This document shows, piece after piece, positions 9,082 through 17,322 of a stretch of 34,461 nucleotides of DNA; position 1 is the first letter of the stretch, and the number at the start of each line of letters is the position of its first letter. Position numbers and translations under genes: made by a program. Location: sequence record DRR723986_8736. One strand, given 5' to 3'. Below the pieces are notes generated by a model. That model was not told the origin of the DNA. It worked only from the letters and a program-made list of their open reading frames with translations, and searched no databases.

Positions 9082-9101
9082 TCAGAAAACTACCACAGCA
9101 G

Positions 9102-9133
9102 AAAGGCCGGGAAATCCCGGCCTTTTCTATTTT
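9102..9133 (+). terminator. Intrinsic terminator after the YceI gene
   Basis: AAAGGCCGGGA/TCCCGGCCTTT stem followed by a T-rich tail, ~20 nt after the stop codon. Confidence 0.8.
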
Positions 9134-9150
9134 AGAATAGTGTACGTGTA

Positions 9151-9190
9151 TTAAATCCCCCTAACCGTCTTTGAAAAAAGGGGGAATTAA
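9151..9190. repeat. Imperfect palindrome TTAAATCCCCCT...AGGGGGAATTAA
   Basis: 11/12 inverted match between 9151-9162 and 9179-9190, in a convergent intergenic gap. Confidence 0.5.
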
Positions 9191-9302
9191 CGAATTGGTA
9201 GTTCAGCCATTACTCAAAGAAGTAGCTTGCCTCATAATGAAACCCTTATAAATCATCTCAAAACCAACATCGGTCATCCAACACCAAACACCCAACAACC
9301 TT

Positions 9303-11984
9303 CTAAATATCCCACTTCACAGTAAACAAGCCGTATCTCGGCTGAACCAAATAAGAATAGGTACTGATCAAATTCTCGGTGAAACTATCTCTACGAATGG
9401 ATCGGGTATCCAGTATATTCCAAACAGTCAGCCTGAATTCCCAAGGACTTGACTTACGCTGATAGCTGAGGAAAGCATTGAAGAAATCAAAGTCTCTGGT
9501 GGTACCAGAAGCTTTATTAATGTAAGCATTGTAAGTGTAATCCGCATTCAATTTCAGACCATTCCAGATGTCCCAGTCCACTTCAATTTTTGGTGAGTGT
9601 GTATTAAAGGTATTCTTGGCATTGGTAGAATTGTAAAAGTTCTGATTCCAAGTATATCCCAAATCCACCTCCACAGTTTTCATAAATGTACTGGTGTACT
9701 TGATAAAATATGAGTGTGCAAATTGACTATTTTGGATATAGTTTTGATCAACCAAACTATTGGTAGCATAATTATTCCAGTTTCCTCCCCCAGAGATTTT
9801 AAAGGACTGAAAACGCTTATCAGCCTGAAGACTAGCCGTCAGGGACTCATTCACTGGATCAATGTTTTGAATACTCATGATCCTGTTAATCCCTGCAAAA
9901 TCGGTGGTATTCACCAAATCTTGATGTTTCCTTGTCCAACTCAGGTTTCCAAATAAATTAAGTGAAGAGAAGAAATCAAAGTGGTTATAATTCAAGGATT
10001 GGGTGTAAAACAAGCCATTATCCAACTGTCTATTCCCTTGGAAAATTGAATTGTAATCTGATACCACCAACCCTTGCGCGAGCTTCTCTATATCCATGAA
10101 ATTCGCTTGGCTACTGAATCGGTAAGTCAGCGAACGATTAGATTTGATGCTCCATTTGGCATACATACCTGGAAGCAGCAGGAGTTTGTCATTCCGTAAC
10201 TCATCTTCCATTTGCACATCATTCCATGCGTATCTGTGAAGATAAAGTGAAGGACTGATGACAACTGACTTCCATTTAGACTTGTAAGTCATTCCTAAAT
10301 ACAAATCCTGAAAATCAAAGCGGGAATCATTCTCAAACTCTCCCAAATCCAATTCATCATCTGTATCTGCCTGCTCCAAACTGCCAACTAGCTCTTGTCT
10401 AATAGATGAATACCCTAAACTCCAATTGATATGATTGGTGGGATTTAGGATATGGTAATAATTGAAAGCTCCTTCCAGGGTGCGGGTTTTAATATCCTGT
10501 CTTTGCAAAAAGCGGTAAGTTTCTCTATCCATCACTGGCAACATTCCATTGAAAGGCTTTTGATTCGTAGTCAAATCATACAGAGGATTGGTGTACTTTT
10601 TCTCCCAATTGCCCTCCATAGAGAAAACTCTCTTATCCGAAGGTGAATGAAACCACTCCCCTTTCTGCTGAACTGTGTAAGGCTGCCGACTTTGGTAGCT
10701 ATTGATTTGCTGGCGAATCTGCCCAAAGTCTGAATCCTGAAAACTCTGATTGGCTATGTCCGCTAACTTTCCAAAAACGCTGTATTTGACATACGTTTCC
10801 TCTTTTGGAGTAAAGGTCACTGCATATTTCATCAGGCCTGACTTATTCTCAACTGTGTTAGCAGAAGTGAGTGTTTCCTCATTATTTCCATCTGTTCGCA
10901 AATACGTTCGCTGAGACGAGGACCCCAGTTTATTCTTGGAAGCCGAACCGATCACAAAACCCGAATGCCGCCATCTCTTATTTGGAGTGTAATTCAAATT
11001 CACAGCAGCCAAGTCAGTTTTTAATTCCAAAGCATTATTTCGCTGTGCCATTGGTATTCCCAGATCGTCCGAACTCATACTGAGTGTTGAACCTGACTTC
11101 CCCGCCAATCCAGCCAATCCTCCACTGAACCTAAAGTAATCCTGAAGGGTGAAAGCCAATTCTCCCACGTTATTTGCATCTGCAATCAGATTGAGGTTCA
11201 TTTTTGGAGAATAGTAAAAAGCATTCGCATGGCCCAAATAGCGCTCCTCAGGCCCGAGCCCAGCTGTCAGGTCCCCAAAAACCAAGTTCTTTTTCCCATC
11301 CTTCAATTGAATGTTTAGCGCCAAAGTCTCGTCATTATCCAACCCACGAACTGGGCCTACCTCATTGAAATTCTTCAGCACTTGAACACGATCAACAGCA
11401 TTTGCCGGTAGGTTTTTGGTGGCAAGCTTGGTATCTCCATCAAAGAAATTCTTCCCATCCACCATTACTTTATCTACCTTTTTCCCTTGGACCTTCACTT
11501 CACCATTATCATCTACCTCAAATCCCGGAAGCTTTTCTAATACATCCTTCAGTTTCCGCTCCGTCCCCGTAGTAAATGCATCAGTTTTATAAGTCAACGT
11601 GTCTCCTTTCATCGTGATAGGCAGTTCAGTCACTACCTCCACTTGATCCAGCATAGTTTCATCCTGACTGAGAATAACCTTTATCTGCTCCTGATCAGAC
11701 CATTCATTGATCTTCAGTTCAAATTGCTTATACCCTACAAAGGAAACTCGAAGTAAATATTCCGAACCAGGCGGCAGCCCTATCTTAAATCGACCCTCGC
11801 CATTAGTAATCGCAAATCCGCCGATCTTCTGCGTACTCTGATTGATAGCTACCACATTTGCGTAGGCAATCGGCTGATTTATACTGTCCAAGACTTGCCC
11901 GATCAGGTTTTTATTTTGAGAAAAAGAAGGTAAGGCAATCAGGAGAAAAAATCCTATTGCGAAAAAGCGCTTTGCAAATAACAT
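9303..11984 (-). CDS. Outer-membrane beta-barrel protein with N-terminal carboxypeptidase-regulatory-like domain (TonB-receptor-like, GLPGLI-associated)
   Basis: Signal peptide; GQVLDSINQPIAYANV...LRVSFVGYK domain; KGDTLTY, DVLEKLPG, VMVDGKNFF plug-like region; amphipathic strands ending PRYGLFTVKWDI. Confidence 0.85.
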   Translation of the reverse strand: MLFAKRFFAIGFFLLIALPSFSQNKNLIGQVLDSINQPIAYANVVAINQSTQKIGGFAITNGEGRFKIGLPPGSEYLLRVSFVGYKQFELKINEWSDQEQIKVILSQDETMLDQVEVVTELPITMKGDTLTYKTDAFTTGTERKLKDVLEKLPGFEVDDNGEVKVQGKKVDKVMVDGKNFFDGDTKLATKNLPANAVDRVQVLKNFNEVGPVRGLDNDETLALNIQLKDGKKNLVFGDLTAGLGPEERYLGHANAFYYSPKMNLNLIADANNVGELAFTLQDYFRFSGGLAGLAGKSGSTLSMSSDDLGIPMAQRNNALELKTDLAAVNLNYTPNKRWRHSGFVIGSASKNKLGSSSQRTYLRTDGNNEETLTSANTVENKSGLMKYAVTFTPKEETYVKYSVFGKLADIANQSFQDSDFGQIRQQINSYQSRQPYTVQQKGEWFHSPSDKRVFSMEGNWEKKYTNPLYDLTTNQKPFNGMLPVMDRETYRFLQRQDIKTRTLEGAFNYYHILNPTNHINWSLGYSSIRQELVGSLEQADTDDELDLGEFENDSRFDFQDLYLGMTYKSKWKSVVISPSLYLHRYAWNDVQMEDELRNDKLLLLPGMYAKWSIKSNRSLTYRFSSQANFMDIEKLAQGLVVSDYNSIFQGNRQLDNGLFYTQSLNYNHFDFFSSLNLFGNLSWTRKHQDLVNTTDFAGINRIMSIQNIDPVNESLTASLQADKRFQSFKISGGGNWNNYATNSLVDQNYIQNSQFAHSYFIKYTSTFMKTVEVDLGYTWNQNFYNSTNAKNTFNTHSPKIEVDWDIWNGLKLNADYTYNAYINKASGTTRDFDFFNAFLSYQRKSSPWEFRLTVWNILDTRSIRRDSFTENLISTYSYLVQPRYGLFTVKWDI

Positions 11985-12004
11985 GGATAGACTTTTGTAA
12001 GCGA

Positions 12005-12835
12005 TTAATTCCCGATTTTGATTACCATTTCATTGCCGTTTCCAGGCTTGCCGGAATAGCGTTTCATCATCTCCTGCATCTTTTCTTCAGAAAGCGCCTG
12101 ATATTCTTTACTACTGATCAGTTGTCCTTTTTTAGGGATTTCTAGTTGCACTTTTTCAGTTGGATTCAAGACTATTCGCTCAGCGATATAAGTCACCCCT
12201 CTATTTTGCAATTCAAGAATCAACCCAGGCAAACCCCAAAAATCATCTGGACCATGACTCACGGGAATTTGCATGGTAAACCAGGCAGTCACATTTACAG
12301 TGTCTTTTGTAAGCTCCATCTCATCCTGCCCCATGGAAAAAGTCTTACTTTCTACAATCCTCGAATAAGTAGCTTTTTGGCATGTATAATCACCAATCTG
12401 CTTGCTTTCACCGGTCAATTCCCAATCATAGGTGTTCAAACTGTCTTTAACCAAGAAACCCTTTCCCATCAAATCCTCTTCCTTAATGTAGCTTTGTTCT
12501 GCCACATTTTTATAAAGAAGTCTATCCTGATTTCCCGTATTGATCACGATGCTGGCTCCTCCCGAAGATGCGGTGGCTGGGCCTGCACCTAGACTCTCCA
12601 CCTGCTTCCAGTTGGATTCAGTTTGAGAAAAAGTAAGGATGTATTCACGTTCCATCTGCTTTTTTAATTGCTTCTGAAGATCCGCAATGACATCGGGAGC
12701 CATTTTGGTACTATCCATGGAAATATTAAATCTGGAGGAAGTTTTATAATATGCTCTTCCTGTCAAACCTTGGGCAGTGGCGGTAAAGATCGAGCCCATC
12801 AGGGTAAATGCGAGAAATAGAATTCGTATGTTCAT
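12005..12835 (-). CDS. GLPGLI family protein
   Basis: WELTGESKQIGDYTCQKAT and AWFTMQIPVSHGPDDFWGLPGLILEL. ATG at 12835 (MNIRILFLAF, signal peptide) is preferred over 12880. Confidence 0.92.
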   Translation of the reverse strand: MNIRILFLAFTLMGSIFTATAQGLTGRAYYKTSSRFNISMDSTKMAPDVIADLQKQLKKQMEREYILTFSQTESNWKQVESLGAGPATASSGGASIVINTGNQDRLLYKNVAEQSYIKEEDLMGKGFLVKDSLNTYDWELTGESKQIGDYTCQKATYSRIVESKTFSMGQDEMELTKDTVNVTAWFTMQIPVSHGPDDFWGLPGLILELQNRGVTYIAERIVLNPTEKVQLEIPKKGQLISSKEYQALSEEKMQEMMKRYSGKPGNGNEMVIKIGN

Positions 12836-12884
12836 AGCTGTAAATTTGTTGTTACAAACCAATACAAACTGCCTCTGCAACTTA

Positions 12885-12910
12885 GTTAAGCACTGTTAAC
12901 GTGTGTTAAC
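12885..12910. promoter_or_regulatory. Three tandem GTTAAS boxes at 10-bp period, candidate OmpR/PhoB-type binding site
   Basis: GTTAAG 12885-12890, GTTAAC 12895-12900 and GTTAAC 12905-12910, in the divergent gap between the GLPGLI gene and the two-component system. Confidence 0.6.
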
Positions 12911-12949
12911 ATTCGATTTTCTAAATTTCCTAGCCTCTACTTTAGCACT

Positions 12950-14470
12950 GTGAAAAAGCTACAATTCAAGCGAATAGGTATTTTGATTGCCCTTACTCTA
13001 GTAGTAAGCATAGGGGTGCAGATCTATAGAAATGTCACTCAGTTCAGGTTAAACGAAACTCAACTAACTACTGAAATTCAACTGAGCTTGGACAATGCAC
13101 TTGAGGTGTATTTTGCAGATTTGGCTAAAACAGATGTGATCACGCTCACCGAGAACAAGAACACTACGATCAAACTTCGTAACACCGAGAATGCTGAGTT
13201 TGACAGTACAGGGAATGACTTTTTTAAGAAAATTGGGGAAAGCAAAATCCTCATTAAGGCGCTGGAAAAAATAGAAGCTGGAGACACTTCTGCTGTAAGT
13301 TGGTTCGGGGAATTTGATACTACCAAAAATCTAACCTTTAAAACACACTTCGACACACTCAATAGCATCGACCCTACTAAAATCCAAAACATAAATATAT
13401 TCCGAGGTCTGGATGCAGCCGACAGTATCCGAAACCTCAAAATGCTTACAAATCAGATCATTATCTCCATTACTCGGGATTCTCTTGATTTTGAGAAAAT
13501 AAGTGCACTGGTGAAGGATGAATTAGACCGCAGGGATATCAACATAAATTACGGGTTACTTCAGTACGAAAAAGACACCATAGCAGGTTCTTTCAACTAT
13601 CCTGCCCTGACCGAAATGCCTTTTTCTACAGTTTCCAAATCCACCTTCTTACCTCGAGGTCAAAAGCTGGAGATGTATTTTGAAAACACCGCTCTAACTG
13701 TCCTTAAGCGAGGGATGGTTGATATTATGATGTCAATTATCTTCTTGTTGATTATCTCAGCAGCATTTTACTACCTCTACCAAACCATCAAAAACCAAAA
13801 GGAAATCGCAGAAATCAAGGAAGACCTGATAGGAAATATCACGCATGAATTCAAAACCCCTATTGCGACTACACTTTCAGCAATCGAAGGAATCGAGCAG
13901 TTCAACCCTGAAAACAATCCTGAAAAGACCAAAAAGTATCTGGGAATATCTAAATCCCAAATGCTCAAATTGAACTTAATGGTGGAGAAACTACTGGAAA
14001 CTGCCACCTTGGATTCCGATCAATTTATACTTCAAAAAGAGCAGATCGATCCACTTGCTGTGCTAAGGTCCTTGGTTCAGAAATTTCAGACCTTGGAACC
14101 AGAAAAAGAGATAGAGTTAGTATTGCCATCGCATGTCACACCTATTCTCGTTGATCCTTTTCACTTCGAAAATGTACTTTCAAACCTATTGGATAATGCG
14201 CTCAAATACGGGGGAGATGAAGTGAGAATCACATTGGATCAAGGAGCTAGCACTAGAATTAGAATCTGGGATAATGGAGGAAATATAAGTTCAGATCAAA
14301 GAGACAAAGTTTTTGAACAATTCTACAGAATCCCTAAAGGAAATCTTCATGACGTGAAAGGATTTGGGATTGGCCTGTATTATGTGAAGAAAATCATTGA
14401 AAAACATGAGGGAAAAATCGAATTGGAATCCTCTGAAAGAAGCACCTCATTTATTACGATTTGGCCATGA
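12950..14470 (+). CDS. Membrane-bound sensor histidine kinase
   Basis: Two TM helices flanking a periplasmic domain; ITHEFKTPI, NLLDNALKY, DNGG, GFGIGL; GTG start. Confidence 0.92.
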   Translation: MKKLQFKRIGILIALTLVVSIGVQIYRNVTQFRLNETQLTTEIQLSLDNALEVYFADLAKTDVITLTENKNTTIKLRNTENAEFDSTGNDFFKKIGESKILIKALEKIEAGDTSAVSWFGEFDTTKNLTFKTHFDTLNSIDPTKIQNINIFRGLDAADSIRNLKMLTNQIIISITRDSLDFEKISALVKDELDRRDININYGLLQYEKDTIAGSFNYPALTEMPFSTVSKSTFLPRGQKLEMYFENTALTVLKRGMVDIMMSIIFLLIISAAFYYLYQTIKNQKEIAEIKEDLIGNITHEFKTPIATTLSAIEGIEQFNPENNPEKTKKYLGISKSQMLKLNLMVEKLLETATLDSDQFILQKEQIDPLAVLRSLVQKFQTLEPEKEIELVLPSHVTPILVDPFHFENVLSNLLDNALKYGGDEVRITLDQGASTRIRIWDNGGNISSDQRDKVFEQFYRIPKGNLHDVKGFGIGLYYVKKIIEKHEGKIELESSERSTSFITIWP

Positions 14471-15147
14471 GTAAAGTCAGAATTCTACTAGCGGAGGATG
14501 AGATGGCACTAGGAATGATCATCCAAGAAAGTCTGGAAAGCCGGGATTTCAAGGTAACCCTTTGTGCCGATGGGCAGCAAGCTTGGGACAGTTACCAAAA
14601 CTCCAAACCAGACGTGTTAGTACTCGACGTGATGATGCCAAAAAAAGATGGCTTTACCCTTGCCGAGCAAATCAGGAAAACTGATCCTTATACACCAATT
14701 ATCTTTTTGACTTCAAAATCACAAACCGAAGACGTGTTGAAAGGATTTGGATTAGGAGCAAATGACTATGTGCGCAAACCCTTCAGTATGGAAGAACTGA
14801 TTGTGCGGATCAAAGCTCAGCTTGACCGCCAGCAATTGCGAAAAAATCAATCGGATTGGCTAAGTCTTGGGAAATATGAATTTCATCCAACAAAACAACT
14901 TTTAAAGCTAAATGAGGAAGAATGCCACCTCACAGCAAGAGAATCTCAGCTCCTAAAAATCCTTCTGGAAAACGCCAATCAGATCACAGACAGAAGTTTG
15001 ATTCTTACTCAGATCTGGGGGTCAGACGACTTTTTCAACGCCCGAAGCATGGATGTTTTTATCACTAAGCTTCGGAAAAAACTTCAGCATGACGATCAAA
15101 TCCAGATCCTAAATGTGCGAGGATTTGGGTATAAATTGGTTTGCTAG
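14467..15147 (+). CDS. OmpR/PhoB-family response regulator
   Basis: LLAEDE, VLDVMMP, KPFS, winged helix (RSMDVFITKLRKKL, NVRGFGYKL). ATG at 14467 overlaps the kinase stop codon (ATGA). Confidence 0.93.
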   Translation: MSKVRILLAEDEMALGMIIQESLESRDFKVTLCADGQQAWDSYQNSKPDVLVLDVMMPKKDGFTLAEQIRKTDPYTPIIFLTSKSQTEDVLKGFGLGANDYVRKPFSMEELIVRIKAQLDRQQLRKNQSDWLSLGKYEFHPTKQLLKLNEEECHLTARESQLLKILLENANQITDRSLILTQIWGSDDFFNARSMDVFITKLRKKLQHDDQIQILNVRGFGYKLVC

Positions 15148-15156
15148 CATCCATAA

Positions 15157-15221
15157 CCGTGGTCTGTGTCACACAGACCATTTAAGCTGAATTATATAGG
15201 TCTGTGAGACACAAACCTAGG
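15157..15221. repeat. Inverted pair of REP-like palindromes (REPIN-like doublet)
   Basis: CCGTGGTCTGTGTCACACAGACCA (15157-15180) and TAGGTCTGTGAGACACAAACCTAGG (15197-15221); each is a hairpin, and the second is a near reverse complement of the first. Confidence 0.7.
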
Positions 15222-15337
15222 TGAAGTATAGGCGCTTCAAGCTTAACATCTTTTAAAGCTAATTAGTACAATCCACGAGAATTTACCCTCACCATTCTTC
15301 GTTATTAACCCGAAGAGAATCTTAACCCTACTAAGAT

Positions 15338-15443
15338 TTTGTGTGGAGAAAAGTCGGAGGCTAAGGCTGCTTGGGATTTAAGGAATAGGCCCCAAGTAGT
15401 CGCCTCTGCACCACGCGAGTAAGAATTGGGTAAGCCCAGTTCT
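15338..15443 (+). other. Unassigned structured element (long interrupted hairpin plus short hairpin)
   Basis: Stems 15338-46/15411-19, 15355-61/15402-08, 15365-75/15391-401 and 15422-30/15435-43: 36 pairs, of which 7 are G-U on the + strand. Confidence 0.5.
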
Positions 15444-15524
15444 AAAAAAACTCTATTAATACTTAGATTTTAAGGGAAAAAATCTTGAGTTTAAGGTTGT
15501 AAAACCACCTTTATTCAAGTAATC

Positions 15525-17315
15525 ATGCGAAGAACACTAATTGCGATACTTTTTTTTATCACGGGTTCACTGACTTATGCGCAGACAAAGCTAAACACCA
15601 CAACAATTGACACCAAGCTAAAAGCACTTCAGGAAGCTACTCAAACAGTTGGCTTTTCAGTAGCTGTGGTCCAAGGTGATCAGGTGATTTATTCTAAAGG
15701 TTTTGGATATCGGGATCTGGAAAACAAGATCGAAGCGGATGAAAACACACTTTATGCAATTGGTTCATCTTCCAAGGCTTTTACCGTTGCGCTTTTAGGA
15801 ATAATGGAGGAAGAAAAAGGATTGAAATTCACCGACAGTCCTAAGAAATATTTGCCAGAACTGGAATTCTACAACGAAGAATTAAATAACCAAGTCACTA
15901 TTTTGGACATGATCAGCCACCGAACTGGTCTACCTCGGCATGATCTATCTTGGTATTTATTTCCAACCGCAGACAAAGACAGTCTTTTGGCTAGAGTGAA
16001 ATATCAGGAACCATTCACTGGAATTCGCAAGCAGTGGTACTACAACAACTTCATGTATTTGGCACAAGGTCTAATCACGGAAAAGCTAACTGGCAAAAGC
16101 TGGGAAGACAATATCAGAGAGCGATTTTTCAAGCCACTTAACATGACTAGCTCCAATGTGAGCATAAGCGAAATGGTAGCTCAAGCTAATATCTCCAAAG
16201 GCTACAGTTTGGAAGACTTCACTACAAACAAAGCCATGCCTTACTACGATATAGCAGCTATCAGCCCAGCCGGAAGTATCAATAGTAGTGTTAAAGAGAT
16301 GTCGAATTGGTTGAAGATTTGGCTAAACAAAGGCAAACTAGGTGACACTCAAGTGCTCCCAGAGGCCTATGTAGCGAAAGCCGTTAATCCCCTGATGCTA
16401 GTCGGTGGTGGGATTGCCGATAAGAAATTCCCCGATCAGCACCTGAACAGTTACGGCTATGCCTGGTTCAATTCTTCCTACAAAGGTCACTATAGGCTTG
16501 AACACGGAGGAAACATCGATGGCTTTTCTGCCAATGTGGCTTTTTTCCCAACTGACAGCTTAGGCATCGTAGTCCTGACTAATCAAAATGGATCTGCTTT
16601 GCCCGGGCTAGTACGAGATGCTCTTGCTGATGAAATTTTAGGATTGGAAAAAACTGACTGGGTAAGCTATTACTCGGAAAAAATAAATAAGATCAAAGAA
16701 CAACAGGAGAAAGCAAAAGCAGAGAAAAAGTCCAGCACTGTACCCAATACCGCTCCATCTCATACCCTGATCGAATACACAGGAAAATACAATCATCCAG
16801 GGTATGGCACTTTTACTATTGAATACAAAAATGATTCACTTTGGGCTCAGTTTGTTCGAGAAAGAGTTTATTTAAATCATCTTCACTACGATATTTTCGA
16901 GGCATTGACGGTCAAAGACAATAAGGTAGATACGACTTCAGGTGGAGGCCTCAATTTCAATTTTCGAACCAGCGATCTGGGAGATATTGAAGCTGCCAGT
17001 TTGAAATTGGAGCCGACACTGGATCCCCTGATTTTCAAGCGTACACCTGCAGAAGCAAAAGTTTCTACCGAAACGCTGGAGTCTTATGTGGGAACCTATG
17101 CGTTGGGAGGAACTGACTTGAAAGTTTTTATGAAGGAGGATAAGTTGACCTTATTCGTGCCTGGGCAACCAGAATATACACTCACTCCCACTGGAGAAAA
17201 TGAATTTATGGTAAAGGGCTTGACAGGATATAAAGTTAGGTTTGAAGAAAAGAATAACATCTCCCGTATGTTACTAATCCAACCCAACGGAACTTTCCCT
17301 GCCACCAAAAAATAA
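15525..17315 (+). CDS. Secreted serine hydrolase, beta-lactamase/D-peptidase (class C-like) family, with C-terminal DUF3471-like domains
   Basis: Signal peptide; SxxK (GSSSK), YxN (YYNN), HGGNIDGF, MISHRTGLP; C-terminal YTGKYNHPGYG and YVGTY repeats. Confidence 0.88.
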   Translation: MRRTLIAILFFITGSLTYAQTKLNTTTIDTKLKALQEATQTVGFSVAVVQGDQVIYSKGFGYRDLENKIEADENTLYAIGSSSKAFTVALLGIMEEEKGLKFTDSPKKYLPELEFYNEELNNQVTILDMISHRTGLPRHDLSWYLFPTADKDSLLARVKYQEPFTGIRKQWYYNNFMYLAQGLITEKLTGKSWEDNIRERFFKPLNMTSSNVSISEMVAQANISKGYSLEDFTTNKAMPYYDIAAISPAGSINSSVKEMSNWLKIWLNKGKLGDTQVLPEAYVAKAVNPLMLVGGGIADKKFPDQHLNSYGYAWFNSSYKGHYRLEHGGNIDGFSANVAFFPTDSLGIVVLTNQNGSALPGLVRDALADEILGLEKTDWVSYYSEKINKIKEQQEKAKAEKKSSTVPNTAPSHTLIEYTGKYNHPGYGTFTIEYKNDSLWAQFVRERVYLNHLHYDIFEALTVKDNKVDTTSGGGLNFNFRTSDLGDIEAASLKLEPTLDPLIFKRTPAEAKVSTETLESYVGTYALGGTDLKVFMKEDKLTLFVPGQPEYTLTPTGENEFMVKGLTGYKVRFEEKNNISRMLLIQPNGTFPATKK

Positions 17316-17322
17316 GCTATCA

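Noticed and set aside
15157-15221. Possible mini CRISPR array
   Set aside because: Only two units, inverted rather than direct, a 16-nt spacer, and no cas genes.
15290-15443. Glycine or other known riboswitch, SRP RNA or integron attC site
   Set aside because: Diagnostic motifs were not found by eye (glycine GGAGA...CCGAAG...CTCTCAGG, SRP GGAA/AGCAG loop, attC RYYYAAC...GTTRRRY). Kept as an unassigned structure.
15525-17315. Calling the serine hydrolase an AmpC antibiotic-resistance gene
   Set aside because: It has HGG instead of KTG and long C-terminal extensions, typical of the broader peptidase/esterase family.
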